A stretch of 49,870 nt of DNA from Chiloscyllium plagiosum (lineage: Eukaryota): NCBI RefSeq assembly GCF_004010195.1, contig NC_057758.1:2937340-2987209 (forward strand), read 5' to 3'. Made by a program: the position numbers and the translations under genes. Of the stretch, positions 13,903 to 26,119 are shown in pieces. Within the stretch, counting starts at the first letter, position 1, and every line of letters begins with the position of its first letter. The notes beneath the pieces were generated by a model. That model saw nothing but the letters and a program-made list of their open reading frames with translations. It made no database searches and was not told the origin of the DNA.

Positions 13903-14366
13903 CTACCGGTTGAGGCCCTCCCTATGGGTATCAAACTTAGCTATCAGCCTCTGCTCTTTCACTTTTCGATGCTGCCTATCCCGAAGTCCGCCTTGGAGGA
14001 TGGTCACCCGAAGGTCCGATGTTGAATGTCCTGGATCACTGAAGTGTTCTCCCACTGGGAAAGAACACTCCTGTATGTTAATTGTTGTGCCGTGCCCATT
14101 CATCCATTGCTGTAGCCTTTGCTCGGTTTCCCCAGTGTACCTTGCCTCAGGGCATCCTTGCCTGCAACGTATAAGATAGACAACGTTGGCTGAGTCACAT
14201 AAATACCTGCCATGTACAAAGTGGGACGTGTCCCCACGTGTAATGGTGGTATTCATGTCCACACTCTGACACATCTTGCAGCGCCTACCGTGGCTGGGTT
14301 GTATGGAGTTGTCCTGAGAGCCGGGCAGCTTGCTAGGAACAATGATTTGTTTGATGTTTGGCGGTT
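13903..14366 (-). pseudogene. 5'-truncated PLE ORF: Cys-rich linker plus GIY-YIG endonuclease
   Basis: HGRRCKMC...NVVYLIRCRQGCPEARYTGETEQRL...PVGEHFS...EQRLIAKFDTHREGLNR. Confidence 0.9.
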
Positions 14367-15012
14367 GACACTCCTACACACACAGACACTCTTTCTCATA
14401 CACACGCGCGCACACACACACACCTATACACACATATACACACATATAGACAGACACATACACAGACACTCAGACACAGCCTTACAGACACACACATTCC
14501 CACACCCACACAGGCATCCTCTCAGAGACTTAGACCACTTTACAGTCTTGCACACACACATACACTCTCTCTCCCAGACACTCACAACCTCCCACCTCAG
14601 ACACGCACAAACAGACAGACAAAGATCCGCATGCACACATATATATTGTGGGGTGAATTTGTACTTGCAGAGTTAGATTGTACTTTACTAACAAACTGCA
14701 TGAATTCATGTAAAGCTCTGTTTTCTCGCTTTTTAGATTAGAATCAATCTAAACATCTTGGCATGGACAGAGAACACAGGGGGCTAACACCTTCACCATA
14801 TTGTGCAGCTAACGCCCATTGTTACAGCTAACCTGAGAATGCAACTTTTAAAAAAAAGGTTTTGTGATTTCCACATGAAAGAAGTGAAACTAACATGGTA
14901 TTCGAACAGATGGAAGACTCAACAGACAATCAAGGTATTTTTCAATTTCAGTTCCATCACACTGTAAATTTTTGCTATAAATTCTGTGCCTTAGAATTGT
15001 GTCCTCCACGAT

Positions 15013-15047
15013 CACCTGATGAAGGAGCGGCGCTCCGAAAGCTAGTG
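15013..15047 (+). ncRNA. Minimal hammerhead ribozyme motif in right PLE arm
   Basis: CAC-CTGATGA-A-GGAGC-ggc-GCTCC-GAAA-GC-TA-GTG: both conserved boxes, 5-bp stem II, palindromic AGCT stem III, 3-bp stem I. Confidence 0.75.
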
Positions 15048-15652
15048 TACTTCCAATTAAACCTGTTGGACTATGACCTGGTGTTGTGTGATTTTAACTT
15101 TGTACACCCCAGTCCAAAACTGGCATCTCCAAATCTGTTCAATACTGTTGCGTCAGGCTTATTTTACTGGCCAACAGTGCCCGCAGGAAACTGAAGACTC
15201 TCAGCAGAGGGAAAAGATGTCACATACCTAACAATGGAGACTCGATGGAAATCCATAATCTTGTTGTTTCTCATTTCAGCCAACTTTGTATGTAATGGGC
15301 AGCCTTTATGCTCCATTCTATATGGAAGAGTTTGTGGTGACTGGGACTGAAGACAATCTATCTCTATTATTTCGTGGCAGAAATTGGATTCTTCTGCCAG
15401 CTCTCCAGTTACCGTGTGAAATATTTGCATTTATACCTTGACATTGAGCAAATTCAGGAATCAGATGAAGAATGTGTTCAAATATCCAATTTCATTCTTA
15501 CTGAAATTTTTCAAAATTAAAAAGTTGTTAGAAAGAAAATAGGGAAGCAAAACCACTTCAGGATCAATTCGTTTCACGTTCACTTAGAGTCAGAAGAGAG
15601 GCCACAGGTGGTCAGTAAAGACACCTCGACATGTGAGAATCACGTAAAGTGG

Positions 15653-18600
15653 CGTTATGAAGTTGAAGACGTGTACTGTATCTTTCAGAAAGAGTGAAAG
15701 TTTAAAACCTGGCAAACACCAGGTTTGACTGACGGCTTGCACAAAGTGTGCTGGACAATTTGAAGACGTAACACTTAAGCTGTAACGAAGGTACACAACA
15801 ATTCGAATTCGACCAGGTAGTTATTATTATGCCTGACGTACGTATAAGTAACAATCAAACTTGAATTTTACCGTTTTGACAATATCAAACGAATGAGACA
15901 ATCCGATGTTTTAGGGTATACAAAGCAGGCATTTTGAACAGTTCGCAGAGAGCGACCACATGCCATTGTCATACAGATTCCCCAACACTTCTGTGTAAAA
16001 GATCCCCTTTTCATATGAATCACCTTTGGAGCAGAAAACCAAAGACGTACCATGGGAAATCTCCAAGCAGACGTAGTTTGACACCCGAAGGTGTCAACTG
16101 GTTTGGAGAACTGATTTACTTTAAATTTAATAGGGGCTTTAACAGATTGGCATGTTATAGAGTGGGAAGTAGACAACAAAATTTTAAGAGAAAGGAAGGT
16201 CATTGTTAGGAATAGGTGTTGTTTAATGTTCTCTTTTGGAGTGAAAGAATAAACAGAGGAATTTTTGTAGTTCTTTGTCACTCATACTTTAACAGATTAT
16301 GAGGCGAGGGGAGCTTTTCTGTATGTTTGGTATAATTAGGAGAAACACTTTTTAAAATTTTGGTTACTTGCAGTTGGTTAAATTAAACGTGGGAGAAATC
16401 ACTCTTAAAATTGTGAAGAGTTTCTCTAGTTTGAAGTTGTTACCCAAATTTGCCAAGAATGTTGAAAAAGAAACGACCATAATTTTAGAATTAGGGAAGA
16501 GGTTACAATTTTGTTTAAACAACGACAAAAGTGAAACTGAAATTGTACGGGAATTACTCAAACACTTTAGTGTGTCAGACAAACAAACAAGTGGAATTAG
16601 AAGATAAAGAAAGGAAGAGATAATGCAAAATGGAGAGAGAAGAAAGATAAAGAGAGGAAAAAGATATAGAAGGAGCTGAAAAAGAAATATGGAGAAGGTT
16701 ATTAGCTGAGCAAAAAGAGGGAGAAGAAAGGGAGAGAGAAGAAGAGAGAGAAAAGAGAAATGCAGACAGACATTCGACTTCAGACGTTGCGACTTACGAC
16801 AGTCAATTCTACAGGATGGAGATTAAGAGAGATGGTAATTATAGTACATGTATGACAAAACACTGCCACGTTTTGATGAGAAAGATGACGAAGCGTTCTG
16901 TATTACATTGGGAAAATCGGCGAGACACATGGAGTGGTCAGAGAACTTGTGGGTAATGTTAGTTTAGACTAAACTGTTAGGCAGAGCTAGTGAGGCACTT
17001 GCAGTTCTGGAAGATACGGACTCAAGAGAATATGGATAAGCCAAGCTGGCTATTTTGAGTGCGTATGAATTGGTACCAGGAACGTGTATACACGTTTTCC
17101 GAAACATAAAGAAGGAACCAGGTCAGACTTACAGTGAGTTTTAAAGAATTTAACGTCGTTATTTTAGTAGATGGGTGCGGGCCTTAAAACTAGATTAGAC
17201 CTATGAGGCTCAAAAAGAAATTATTGTGCTGGAGGAGTTTTTAAAAATCACCTCCAGAGGTGTTGAGAAGTCACGTGGATGTGCGGGAAGCTCAGGAAGT
17301 GAGAAGATCAGAAGAGATAGCAGACATACATGGGTGCATAAGGCAAAGATTAGCTTCTGGCAGGAATTTCATTCTGTGAGGGATAAAAATCGGAAGAACT
17401 GGAGATCCTACACTATGAAACAAAGAGCAGAAAACACTGGCAATTGTTTACCACAGATTAAAAAAAGCCCAAGAGGGTGGAACGGAGGTGAAATACCTCA
17501 GTATTTCCATTGTGTTAAATTGGGATACATAAAGTCACAGTACTAGTCGTAAAATAAATGTGCTGTGGGAAAAAGATGTGGAAAATTACGCTAAACCAAT
17601 GGCATTACTGAACGTAATTAAGGAAACCCCAAGAAAAATCGATGAGCTACAGGAAAGTGCACAACATATGCAGGGGCTAGGTACAATGTTAGTACGAATT
17701 GCAAAGAGTTTACTAAATCTCTGCAAACATTTCGCCTCTTTTGGGAAGGATTAATTTCTAAGATCTGATGGAGAATGGAAGGAAGTTATAACCCTTAAAG
17801 ATAAAAGATCTAACCAGTCTCTAATAATAAGAGAAGAACGTGATTGCACTCTTTCTGTAAAGTTAGCGCAGAGAGTGATAATTTGTGGAGTTGATGGAGA
17901 GAAATACAGCGTTTCCACTGTATAAAATCAGGTTGGAATGCCAACTCAAGGATTTCAAAAGTAACAGTGGGAGTGATTGACAAAGTGTTAGGTCAAGGAT
18001 TAGTTTGTTTTTGATTGCGATTTAGCAGGATCCACGGTGGGACTAACACCCATTGATGTGGACATCCCAAAGGAACACCAAAGAAATGAGGAGTGAAAAG
18101 AAAAATAACCTGTAAGTTTCCTGAACTGTGAAGTAAGAACATACCACTGTAAAACGTCACAACACGAAGCAAAATCTAATGTGAAATATGTAGTAGTTAA
18201 GTTTCACTTCAGACAGAAGTGTTTTGTCCTGAAACAATAATGGACTTACAACAGAAAATCGAGACAGCAGCAGACATATATGTTGATGTAAACTCCGAAA
18301 AGGATGCAGAGAATATTCATGAGGGTTATTATCTGACAGATAGAATCCTAAGACGAAAATGGAGAATACAGTAGGTTAGTGCAGAGGAGAAACAGGTAGA
18401 AGTGCAACAGATTATGCTCCCAGACGCTCACAGACACTAAGTGGAATGTGTCGCACCTGAACTTTCAGCAGTTTATCACCTTGATGTACGGAGGAGTCAG
18501 GCTAATGTACAAAAGCATTTCTGCTAGCTGCAACAAACCAGAATGTTGTTACATTTCTTCATCCGTGTCATACGTATCAAATGGTAGGTAAGCCATTGGA

Positions 18601-20260
18601 GCATTAAAACCAGCACCTTTGATTGTTTGTGTAGGTCCCCTCCCAAAAGTAGGAATCAGTACTTGCAAATCATAACGAATGTGTCGATCAGATTTCCTGA
18701 GGCAATTGCATTCCGGAGTATTGAGGCAGAAAGTGTGGGGGAGAAGTTAGTAACTTTCTTCACGTGGTCTTCGCGACCCAGATACATTCAAACAGACCAA
18801 AGACCTAATTTTACTGCTCCGCTGTTTAAGGAGATCATGGATCACCGAGGTACACAGCATTTTAAATCAATTGCGTATCGTCCTGAATCCCAGGGAACTT
18901 TCGAATCGTGTCATCAGGCCCTGAAGACCATGTTAAGATCCTACTATCAGAATTACCAGAAGGATTTCAATAAAGGTGTCCCATTTGAGTTGTTTGCCGT
19001 TACAGATGTCCCAAACGAATGTACTCTGTTCACTCCATTTGAGATGATATTCGAACATATGAAATGAGTTAATGAAAAATTGACAGGTCGACAATCGGAG
19101 GTCTCACACTTGAATTATACTTCAGAAATGATTGAGAGATTAAATCGAATAAGCTTAACAGCACCGAAAGACCGCACAGCAAAGCATGAAGCAGGTGTCA
19201 GAAAAATCGCTGACATCCGGAAGCTTTCCCTTGGGCATGACGTATTAGTATTGTGACCAGACAGAGGAAATCCCTTCAAAGCCAGGTTCAGTGGTCCCTG
19301 TCAAATTAAGGAAAAATTGAATCAGGTAATCTATATGATAAAGATGCCAGATAGAATATAATTTTATATCAAATACTTCATGTGAACTTGTTGAAAAATA
19401 TTATAATAGAGAGAAGGAGAGGGAGGAACAGGTAGTAGTTACTGCCCAGCACAATGACGAATCAAATCGAGGTGTTGTAGAGTTTGGTGTGCCTCAATAT
19501 ATGTTAAGCAACGAGGGCGTCCTTGGGGAGTAGGATAGGTTAGGAAACCACCTGCCTCTGGAACAAATAACGCAGCTGAAAGGTTTGTTACAGCACTATG
19601 AAGACATATGCAGGAATAAGATGCTATTGTACATGAGGTAGACATAGTGAATGCTATTCAAATACAACAACACCACTACAGCCTTAATAGTTTCAAAGAC
19701 AGACAGGAAGTGGATCCGATTCTCAACAAAGATATGATCGAACCGAGTCAGAGAGAGTGGAGTTCACCGATCATATTAGTTTCCAAACTTGGCGGAACTC
19801 AATGATTTTGTGAGTGCTATCGGAAGATCAGTGCCATAACAACATCGAACTCATAACCAATACCCAGTTTTGAAGAGTCTGAAGAAAATCTTGGACAAAC
19901 CAGTTTCATCACAATGAAGGACTTACTATGTGGTTACTGACAGATACCTTTGTTGGGTTAAGCAAAAGACGTTTCGGCATTTAGCGACCCAAACTGGCTA
20001 TATCAATTGCAAGTGATGCTCTTTTGAATGCAGAATGGGTGTGCACATTCAAAAGACTCATGCACAGTTATGTCGTTGGGTGAGCAGACTGTGGAATCTA
20101 TCGGGATGGTATACAGACCTTCACCGAGTCTTGGAAAGATTATATGGTGCAGCTAACAGTGCTCTTTGACCGACTAAGAGAAGGAAAATTGTTAAAACAC
20201 TTAAAGAAAACAGAATTTGCGAAATAAGCGGTGATGTTCTTGGGACATGTCAAGAATAAA
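15653..20260 (+). mobile_element. Degenerate Gmr1-like Gypsy LTR retrotransposon: LTR (~15653-16340), gag (~16500-17550), protease (~17780), integrase (~18300-19400), RT (~19630-20260)
   Basis: Gag FDEKDDEAF and degenerate zinc knuckle FHCVKLGYIKSQ; integrase RFPEAI...IQTDQRPNF...YRPESQG and ARFSGP; RT IEPSQREWSSPIILVSK; LTR homologous to 33493-34446. Confidence 0.88.
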
Positions 20261-20499
20261 AGAATGACTATATTAATTTTGGACCAGTCAAGGACATTAG
20301 TGGGACGTTGTGTGTGTGAATTCCGAGGACATGGGCAAAGCACTAAAAGAATTATTTTCGTTAGTATTCACAGAGTAATTGACAATGTTGTCGGTTTTGT
20401 GAGGAGTAGATCATGTGTCAACATATTGAGTTATTTGAGAATGTGACCAAACAAAATGGATCAGGGTAAAGCGTTGGATTGTTGTATGTGGAATTGAAG

Positions 20500-21757
20500 A
20501 GTGTGGTGCTGAAAAAGCACAGTCAGTCAAGTAGCATGCAAAGAATTTGAGAATCGAAATTTCAGGTCGAGGGTCTTCATCATGAATGAGGCATGTGTGC
20601 CAAGGAGGCTAATAGATACATGTGAGGAGAATGGGGTTGAGATAATGTAGCTGGGAATGCGATAATTCGATTAAGGTGGAGGTGAAATTGATGGGTCAGA
20701 GAGTAGAGTGGGTCAGATATGTGGGAAGGAAGATGGACAAGTAGGACAACAGGGTGATGCAGAGGTGGAAATTTGAGATTTAGGCAAGGTGGGGCGAGGA
20801 CAAATGGAGAAACTGTTGAAATCCACATTTATCCCGTGTGGTTTGAGCGTCCCAAGGCAGGAGACGTTCTTCCTCCATGCATCAGCTGGTTAGTGTTTGA
20901 TGATGATGCTGCCCCAGAACAAGCATATCCTCGGTGGAGTGGGAGTGGTGTTAAAGTGGTCAGTCACGGGGCGGTGGGGATGGTTATTGCATGTGTCCAA
21001 GAGATGTTCTCCGCACATTTCACAACATGGCATCCAGTCTCCACAATGTAGCGGGGACCAAACCGGGTGAAACTGGACCATCTCAGGCACATCCCCACTC
21101 TACTGGATCTCTCCATCTCGATTCCCGGTGACCGACTCAGAACAGCCATCCACTACAGACTCACTGTCTCTCACAGCTTCCTGGACAACAGCTCCTCTCA
21201 CCCTGCCTCCTGCAAAAAAGTGATATCCCTTCTTCCCAATTTGTTCCTTTCACCATATCAGCTCCCAGGCAAACCAATTCCACCATAGAACATGTCAGAT
21301 GGCCTGCTTCTTCGAAGACAAGAACTTCAGCTCAACAACGTGTGTCCTTCCATGCATCTGGTTCACTGACCACGCCCATACCTTTGAAATCCAACTCTCA
21401 TTTCGCAACAAGTGAAAAGCCCTGCTAGTACTCACTTTTCACCCACTGACCTCGGGATGCATAGCGTCATCTTCTGCCATTTCTGCCACCTCCAAATAAA
21501 CCTCACCAGCGCAGATATATTCCCTTCCCCTCCTCCGTCTGTGTTTAAGGGAGACCATTCACTCTGCGACTCCCCTGTCAGGTCGACATCCCTGACCAAT
21601 CCAACCATCCCTCCTGGCATCTTCCCCTGCCATCTCAAGAAGTGAAAAATCTGTGCCAGTACCTCCCTCTTCACCTCTAAGACCCCAAAGGTTCCTTCCT
21701 CATTCGACAGCAATTTATCTGTACTTCCACCAATGTCATCTCCTGCACCCGATGTGT
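20500..21757 (-). mobile_element. Neptune-type PLE with 5' inversion: pseudo-LTR plus GIY-YIG on - (20500-~21085), RT C-terminus and linker on + (~21090-21757)
   Basis: Minus: FGPRYIVETG, PHRPVTDHFN; plus: LLDLSISIPGDRLRTAIHYRLTVSHSFLDNSSSHPASCK, FPCHLKK*KIC; degenerate hammerhead motif ~20550-20590. Confidence 0.85.
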
Positions 21758-22819
21758 CGTTTAGATGAATAATTTTCCATCGTCAGTCACAACAGAAGTG
21801 CAGCAAAGAGCTTCAATCAGATAATTTTATAAGCAAGTACTTTCGGTCTAAACTCTGCATGATGCAGAGGTCACTTAATCCTGTACTCACAAATATCAAA
21901 GGATTTTAGTGTCACACAGTTTTCAGCAAAGAAGCAATTCCAAGAAAATGAAGTCAGACCGCTGCCCACTATCCCCACCTTGAAGTTCATTGACGTTCCC
22001 ATCGCTGAAATCTGTGTTGGGACATTCATGTATAGCTGACCCTAAATAACAACATATATACTGACGTTACATCAGCAGGACAGAGGCTGTGAATTCCATG
22101 GCATCAACATTTGATTCTGCCTCGGCAACACTCAGCAGTTGATGAATCATTTGTCAACCACTTGACCAAGAACTCTCTGCCCCATCACCATAGAAGCAGC
22201 ATTGTGCACCATGTACAATTCCCTTTGAAAGAACTCTCGCTCGTCATGATCAGCAAATAAAATTAACAGACACAGGAAATGCAGTGATACCTTTGTGTTC
22301 ACTTCTAAACCACAACAGTTCTATACTTGGAACTATATAACTGTTCCTTCACAATACTGGGGATGAAACTTTGTAAATTGCTTCCTGACAACACTGTCCC
22401 ATGTGCTTACCTCAGCAAGGCCTGCAGTGCCTCAGTGAGGGAGCTCATCACCACCTTCGAAAGGGCAATTCGTTTTATTATGTGATCCTTTTGAAAAGAC
22501 AGCACACTCATTAATAAACCAACACTGGCAGTGTCAAGTAGAACGAATAGGAATTTTGCCACACATGCTGACATATTACAGGATGTGATGTCATCCAAGT
22601 GAACGCTTGATACACAATCATTTGCAGAGCGATGGAATCTGCACTATTGATTGAGTTGTAAAGTGAGTTGAATCATTCGTTGAAAAACATGACGTAAATC
22701 ATGTAAGGCTCCACAGATTTCAGAGGCAGTAAATTCTTTGGTTCTTCCCGCTGCTTGATGCATTTAACCATTCGATTAAAGAACACCAACACAGCCTTTT
22801 TCTGTATATAATTTTAGTT

Positions 22820-22970
22820 ACATCACACTGTCAAATTTTGCACTAATTTCTGTGTCTTACAATCTTATACTCCGCAACCTCCTGAGGAAGAGGTCGCACG
22901 TCGAAAGCTAATTCTTCGCATTAAACCTATTGGACTATGACCTAGTGTTGCGTGATTTCTGGCTTTGTAT
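22820..22970 (+). mobile_element. Degenerate solo PLE pseudo-LTR of the same family as the 13102-15134 arms
   Basis: cacactgtcaaattttgc...cctgaggaag...cgaaagcta...ttaaacctattggactatgacctagtgttgcgtgattt parallels 14957-15100. Confidence 0.8.
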
Positions 22971-23610
22971 ATTCTTCAGTGCTCTCTGAACTTAGTCCAG
23001 TTAGGGCATTACGACAAGAGATTTTAAAAATCTTTTTTTTAATTACCATTCAACATGTGAATCATGAAGACCATTTTATGAGCAAGGTCAGAAATCAATA
23101 TGGGACTGCAACCAAGGTAATGCATGCATTTCATATCGAATAAATAATCAGCATTGTCCATATTAAGATAACATTCTCGGAGATAATAAAGAGTAAAATG
23201 ATTTATTTCCTTCAACTATTTTGTCTGCTACTGCTTAAATCACAGGGACAACCTCACGTGAAATAGCACAAAACTGTTCTGAGTCTCGAAAAACGTTAAT
23301 TGAAGCTCGAAACAATTGTCTAACCTGAGAAATTAACAAAAGTTGATTTTCCTCCAAAAAAAAGATAATTTTGCAGTTACATGGGAGGTGAGCAGAGGAT
23401 TGCAATATATCAGTTTAAACACGAGAGGAAAATAGAGAGACACAGAGAGATAGACAGAAAGAAACAGAGAGAGACAGAGATACTCAGCCTCAGATTCGTC
23501 ATGCTTTGAGTGTCAGCCTTAGATTCATCATGTTTTAAGTCATTCGTTTAAATTGTTTGCCATTGTTGGCAGATGAGGACTTTCCCTCTCTCTCTAACTC
23601 TCTCTCTCTA

Positions 23611-24262
23611 TGCTGTGGTTCTGTTCGCCGAGCTGGAAGTTTTTGTTGAAAACGTTTCGTCCCCTGGCTAGGCGACATCATCAGTGCTTGGGAGCCTCCT
23701 GCGAAGCGCTTCTTTGATGTTTCCTCCGGTGTTTATAGTGGTCTGTCCCTGCCGCTTCCGGTTGTCAGTTTCAGCTGTCCGCTGTAGTGGTTGGTATATT
23801 GGGTCCAGGTCGATGTGTTTGTTGATGGAGTTTGTGGATGAATGCCATGCCTCTAGGAATTCCCTGGCTGTTCTCTGTCTGGCTTGCCCTATGATAGTAG
23901 TGTTGTCCCAGTCGAATTCATATTGCTTGTTCCCAACACCAAGGAGAGGGAAGCACTGAAATCACTAAGAACCTAGAGGCATGGCATTCATCCACAAACT
24001 CCATCAACAAACACATCGACCTGGACTTTCTCTTAGGCATCTGTTGATGAAGTTGCGAGGGTATCCGTTTTTGGCGAATACCTTGTATAGGTGTTCCTCT
24101 TCTTCATTTTGCAGTTCTGGTGTACTGCAGTGTGTTGTGGCCCTTTTGAATAGTGTCCAAAAACGTTTTTCTCTTAGGCATCTGTTGATGAAGTTGCGCG
24201 GGTATCCGTTTTTGGACACTATTCAAAAGGGCCACAACACACTGCAATACACCAGAACTGCA
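23611..24262 (-). mobile_element. Penelope/Poseidon-type PLE 3' end followed by rearranged internal fragments
   Basis: Minus strand FDWDNTTIIGQARQRTAREFLEAWHSSTNSINKHIDLDPIY; also TLFKRATTHCSTPELQNEEEEHLYKVFAKNGYPRNFINRCL. Confidence 0.88.
23648..23688 (-). ncRNA. Minimal hammerhead ribozyme motif in PLE pseudo-LTR (stem I mismatched)
   Basis: Reverse complement gca-CTGATGA-t-GTC-gcctagccaggg-GAC-GAAA-CG-TT. Confidence 0.6.
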
Positions 24263-24309
24263 TGTTGCCTGGTCAGGAAGGAAGATGTTACGACGAAAGG
24301 CTGAGGAAC

Positions 24310-24716
24310 GTGAATCTGCTCTCATGGGACAGATGAAGGCTACAAGGGGATTTAAAAGAAACACACAAGATGATCAGACGATTAAATAGGGTCGACTCTG
24401 AGAGTCATATTCCTTGGATGATGACGTCAGCTTGTGCGAAGGGACATAGCTGTAAACGGAGGGATGATAGATTTAAGAGAGATGACACAGACAGGTTCTT
24501 TACTCAGAGAGTGGTAAGGGCGTGGAATGTCCTGCCTGCCAATGTAGTTAACTCAGTCACATTAGGGGCATTTAAGCAGTCCTTGTATAATATTACAGAG
24601 AATGACTGGATAGTGTATGGGGATGGGTTAAAATTAGTTCACTGGTCCGCACAACATAGAGGGTCGAAGGGCTTGTACTGTGCTGTAAAGTGCTATGTTC
24701 TATGTTTTATGTTCTA
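24310..24716 (+). mobile_element. CR1/HER1 LINE 3' end
   Basis: RFFTQRVVRAWNVLP; tail ctatgttctatgttttatgttcta. Confidence 0.9.
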
Positions 24717-24718
24717 AA

Positions 24719-24956
24719 TGTCTGTGTGCAGTTTGTACATTCTCCCGTGTCTGTGTGGGATTTCAATTAGTGCTCCGGTTTCCTCCCACATTCCAAAGAT
24801 GCGCCATTCAGGTGAGTTGGCCATGCTAAATTGTCCATAGTGTCGGGTGCATTATATAGTGGGAAATATGTCTGGGTGTGTTACTCTTCGATGGGTCGTT
24901 GTGGACTGGTGAGGACGAATGGCCTGTTTCCACAGAGGAGGGAATCTTATCTAATC
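24719..24956 (+). mobile_element. 5'-truncated HE1-type SINE
   Basis: tgctccggtttcctcccaca...ggccatgctaaattg...ggcctgtttccaca...atctaatct tail. Confidence 0.85.
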
Positions 24957-25815
24957 TGATCGAGTTTTTCTTGAAAAGCAACTATTCAGGTTAATGGGAA
25001 ATAATGTCGTGCAGCTGACAAATGTCTTGGAAGGAATAAAACTTTCAGAAGCATTGCAAAACGCCGAACACAAATGATAGAGGCATCTGGCAGGCATCAT
25101 GAGATTACAGAGCAGTCCACATATATATTATGCATTGATTGCAGTTTTATTGGACAAGATGTTTAGGTTTGTTGATGTGCCTTACAAGCATATCAATGTT
25201 GCGTTAGTTGTTGTACCATGAATGAAAGTAAAATGTTTTATTTCCCTGGGGAACCCAACGCATCATTCAAGCTTCTGATTTGTAGTCCAGCAAGTAGGTT
25301 AGCTGTTTGTCAAAATGTCCAAGAATGTAGGGAGGCTGTGGAGAAGGTAGCATTGACAGGGAATACTTGCGGACACAAAGATGGGTTCAAGTGTGTATAC
25401 TTTAACGCAAGGAGTATCAGAAATAAAGTGTGTGAACTTAAGGCGTGGATTGGTACCTGGGACTACGATGCTGTGGCCATCACGGAAACGTGGATAGAAG
25501 AGGGACGGGAATGGTTGTTGGAAGTTCCTGGTTACAGATGATTCAGTAAGATTAGGGAGGGTGGTAAAAAAGGAGAGGGGGTGGCGTTGCTAATTAGAAA
25601 TGGTATAACAGCTGCAGGAAGGCAGTTCGAGGGGGATCTGCCTTTGGAGGTAGTATGGGCTGAAGTCAGAAATAGGAAAGGAGCAGTCTCCTTGTTGGGT
25701 GTTTACTATAGGCCCCCCTAGCAGAGATGTGGAGAAACAGATTGGGAAACAGATTTTGGAAAGGTGCAGAAGCCATAGGGTAGTAGTCATGGGCGATTTC
25801 AACTTCCCAAATATT

Positions 25816-26119
25816 AGATTAGATTAGATTACAGTGTGGAAAAAGGCCCTTCGGCCCAACAAGTCCACACCAACCCGCCGAAGCGAAAAACAACCATACC
25901 CCTACATTTACCCCGTACGCAACATTACGGGCAATTTAGTATGGCCAATTCACCTGACCCTGCACATCTTTGGACTGTGGGAGGAAACCGGAGCACCCGG
26001 AGGAAACCCACGCAGACACGGGGAGAACGTGCAAACTCCACACAGTTAGTCGCCTGAGGCGGCGATTGAACCCAGGTCTCTGGCGCTGTGAGGCAGCAGT
26101 GCTAGCCACCGTGCCGCCC
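25816..26119 (-). mobile_element. HE1-type SINE inserted in the CR1 endonuclease domain
   Basis: agatt-repeat tail, head ccaccgtgccgccc; atatt duplicated at 25811-25815 and 26120-26124; removal restores NFPNIDW. Confidence 0.95.

Larger units (their letters stand above)
13102..15134. mobile_element. Penelope-like element (Neptune-type) insertion with inverted pseudo-LTR arms
   Basis: 12-bp direct repeat ctgttcaatact at 13090-13101 and 15135-15146; inverted arms 13102-13857 and 14367-15100; GIY-YIG coding spacer. Confidence 0.92.
12578..15530 (+). pseudogene. Rhodopsin-class GPCR pseudogene exon (GPR139/142-like), split by a PLE insertion; coding parts ~12578-13101 and ~15147-15530
   Basis: Splice acceptor ttttcctttcttgcag at 12577, then NILAIAILSRAKCGLSKCIGRYLV; HAATDCSVW; FTFDRFVA (DRY-equivalent); TM7-like end CIYTLTLSKFRNQMKNVFKYP; frameshifts and stops. 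Confidence 0.88.

Noticed and set aside
14212..14741. His/Thr-rich ORFs
   Set aside because: Translation of CA-rich low-complexity sequence in the PLE arm
13102..15134. DNA transposon with long terminal inverted repeats
   Set aside because: Spacer encodes PLE GIY-YIG, arms carry hammerhead motifs and ends are asymmetric; no transposase
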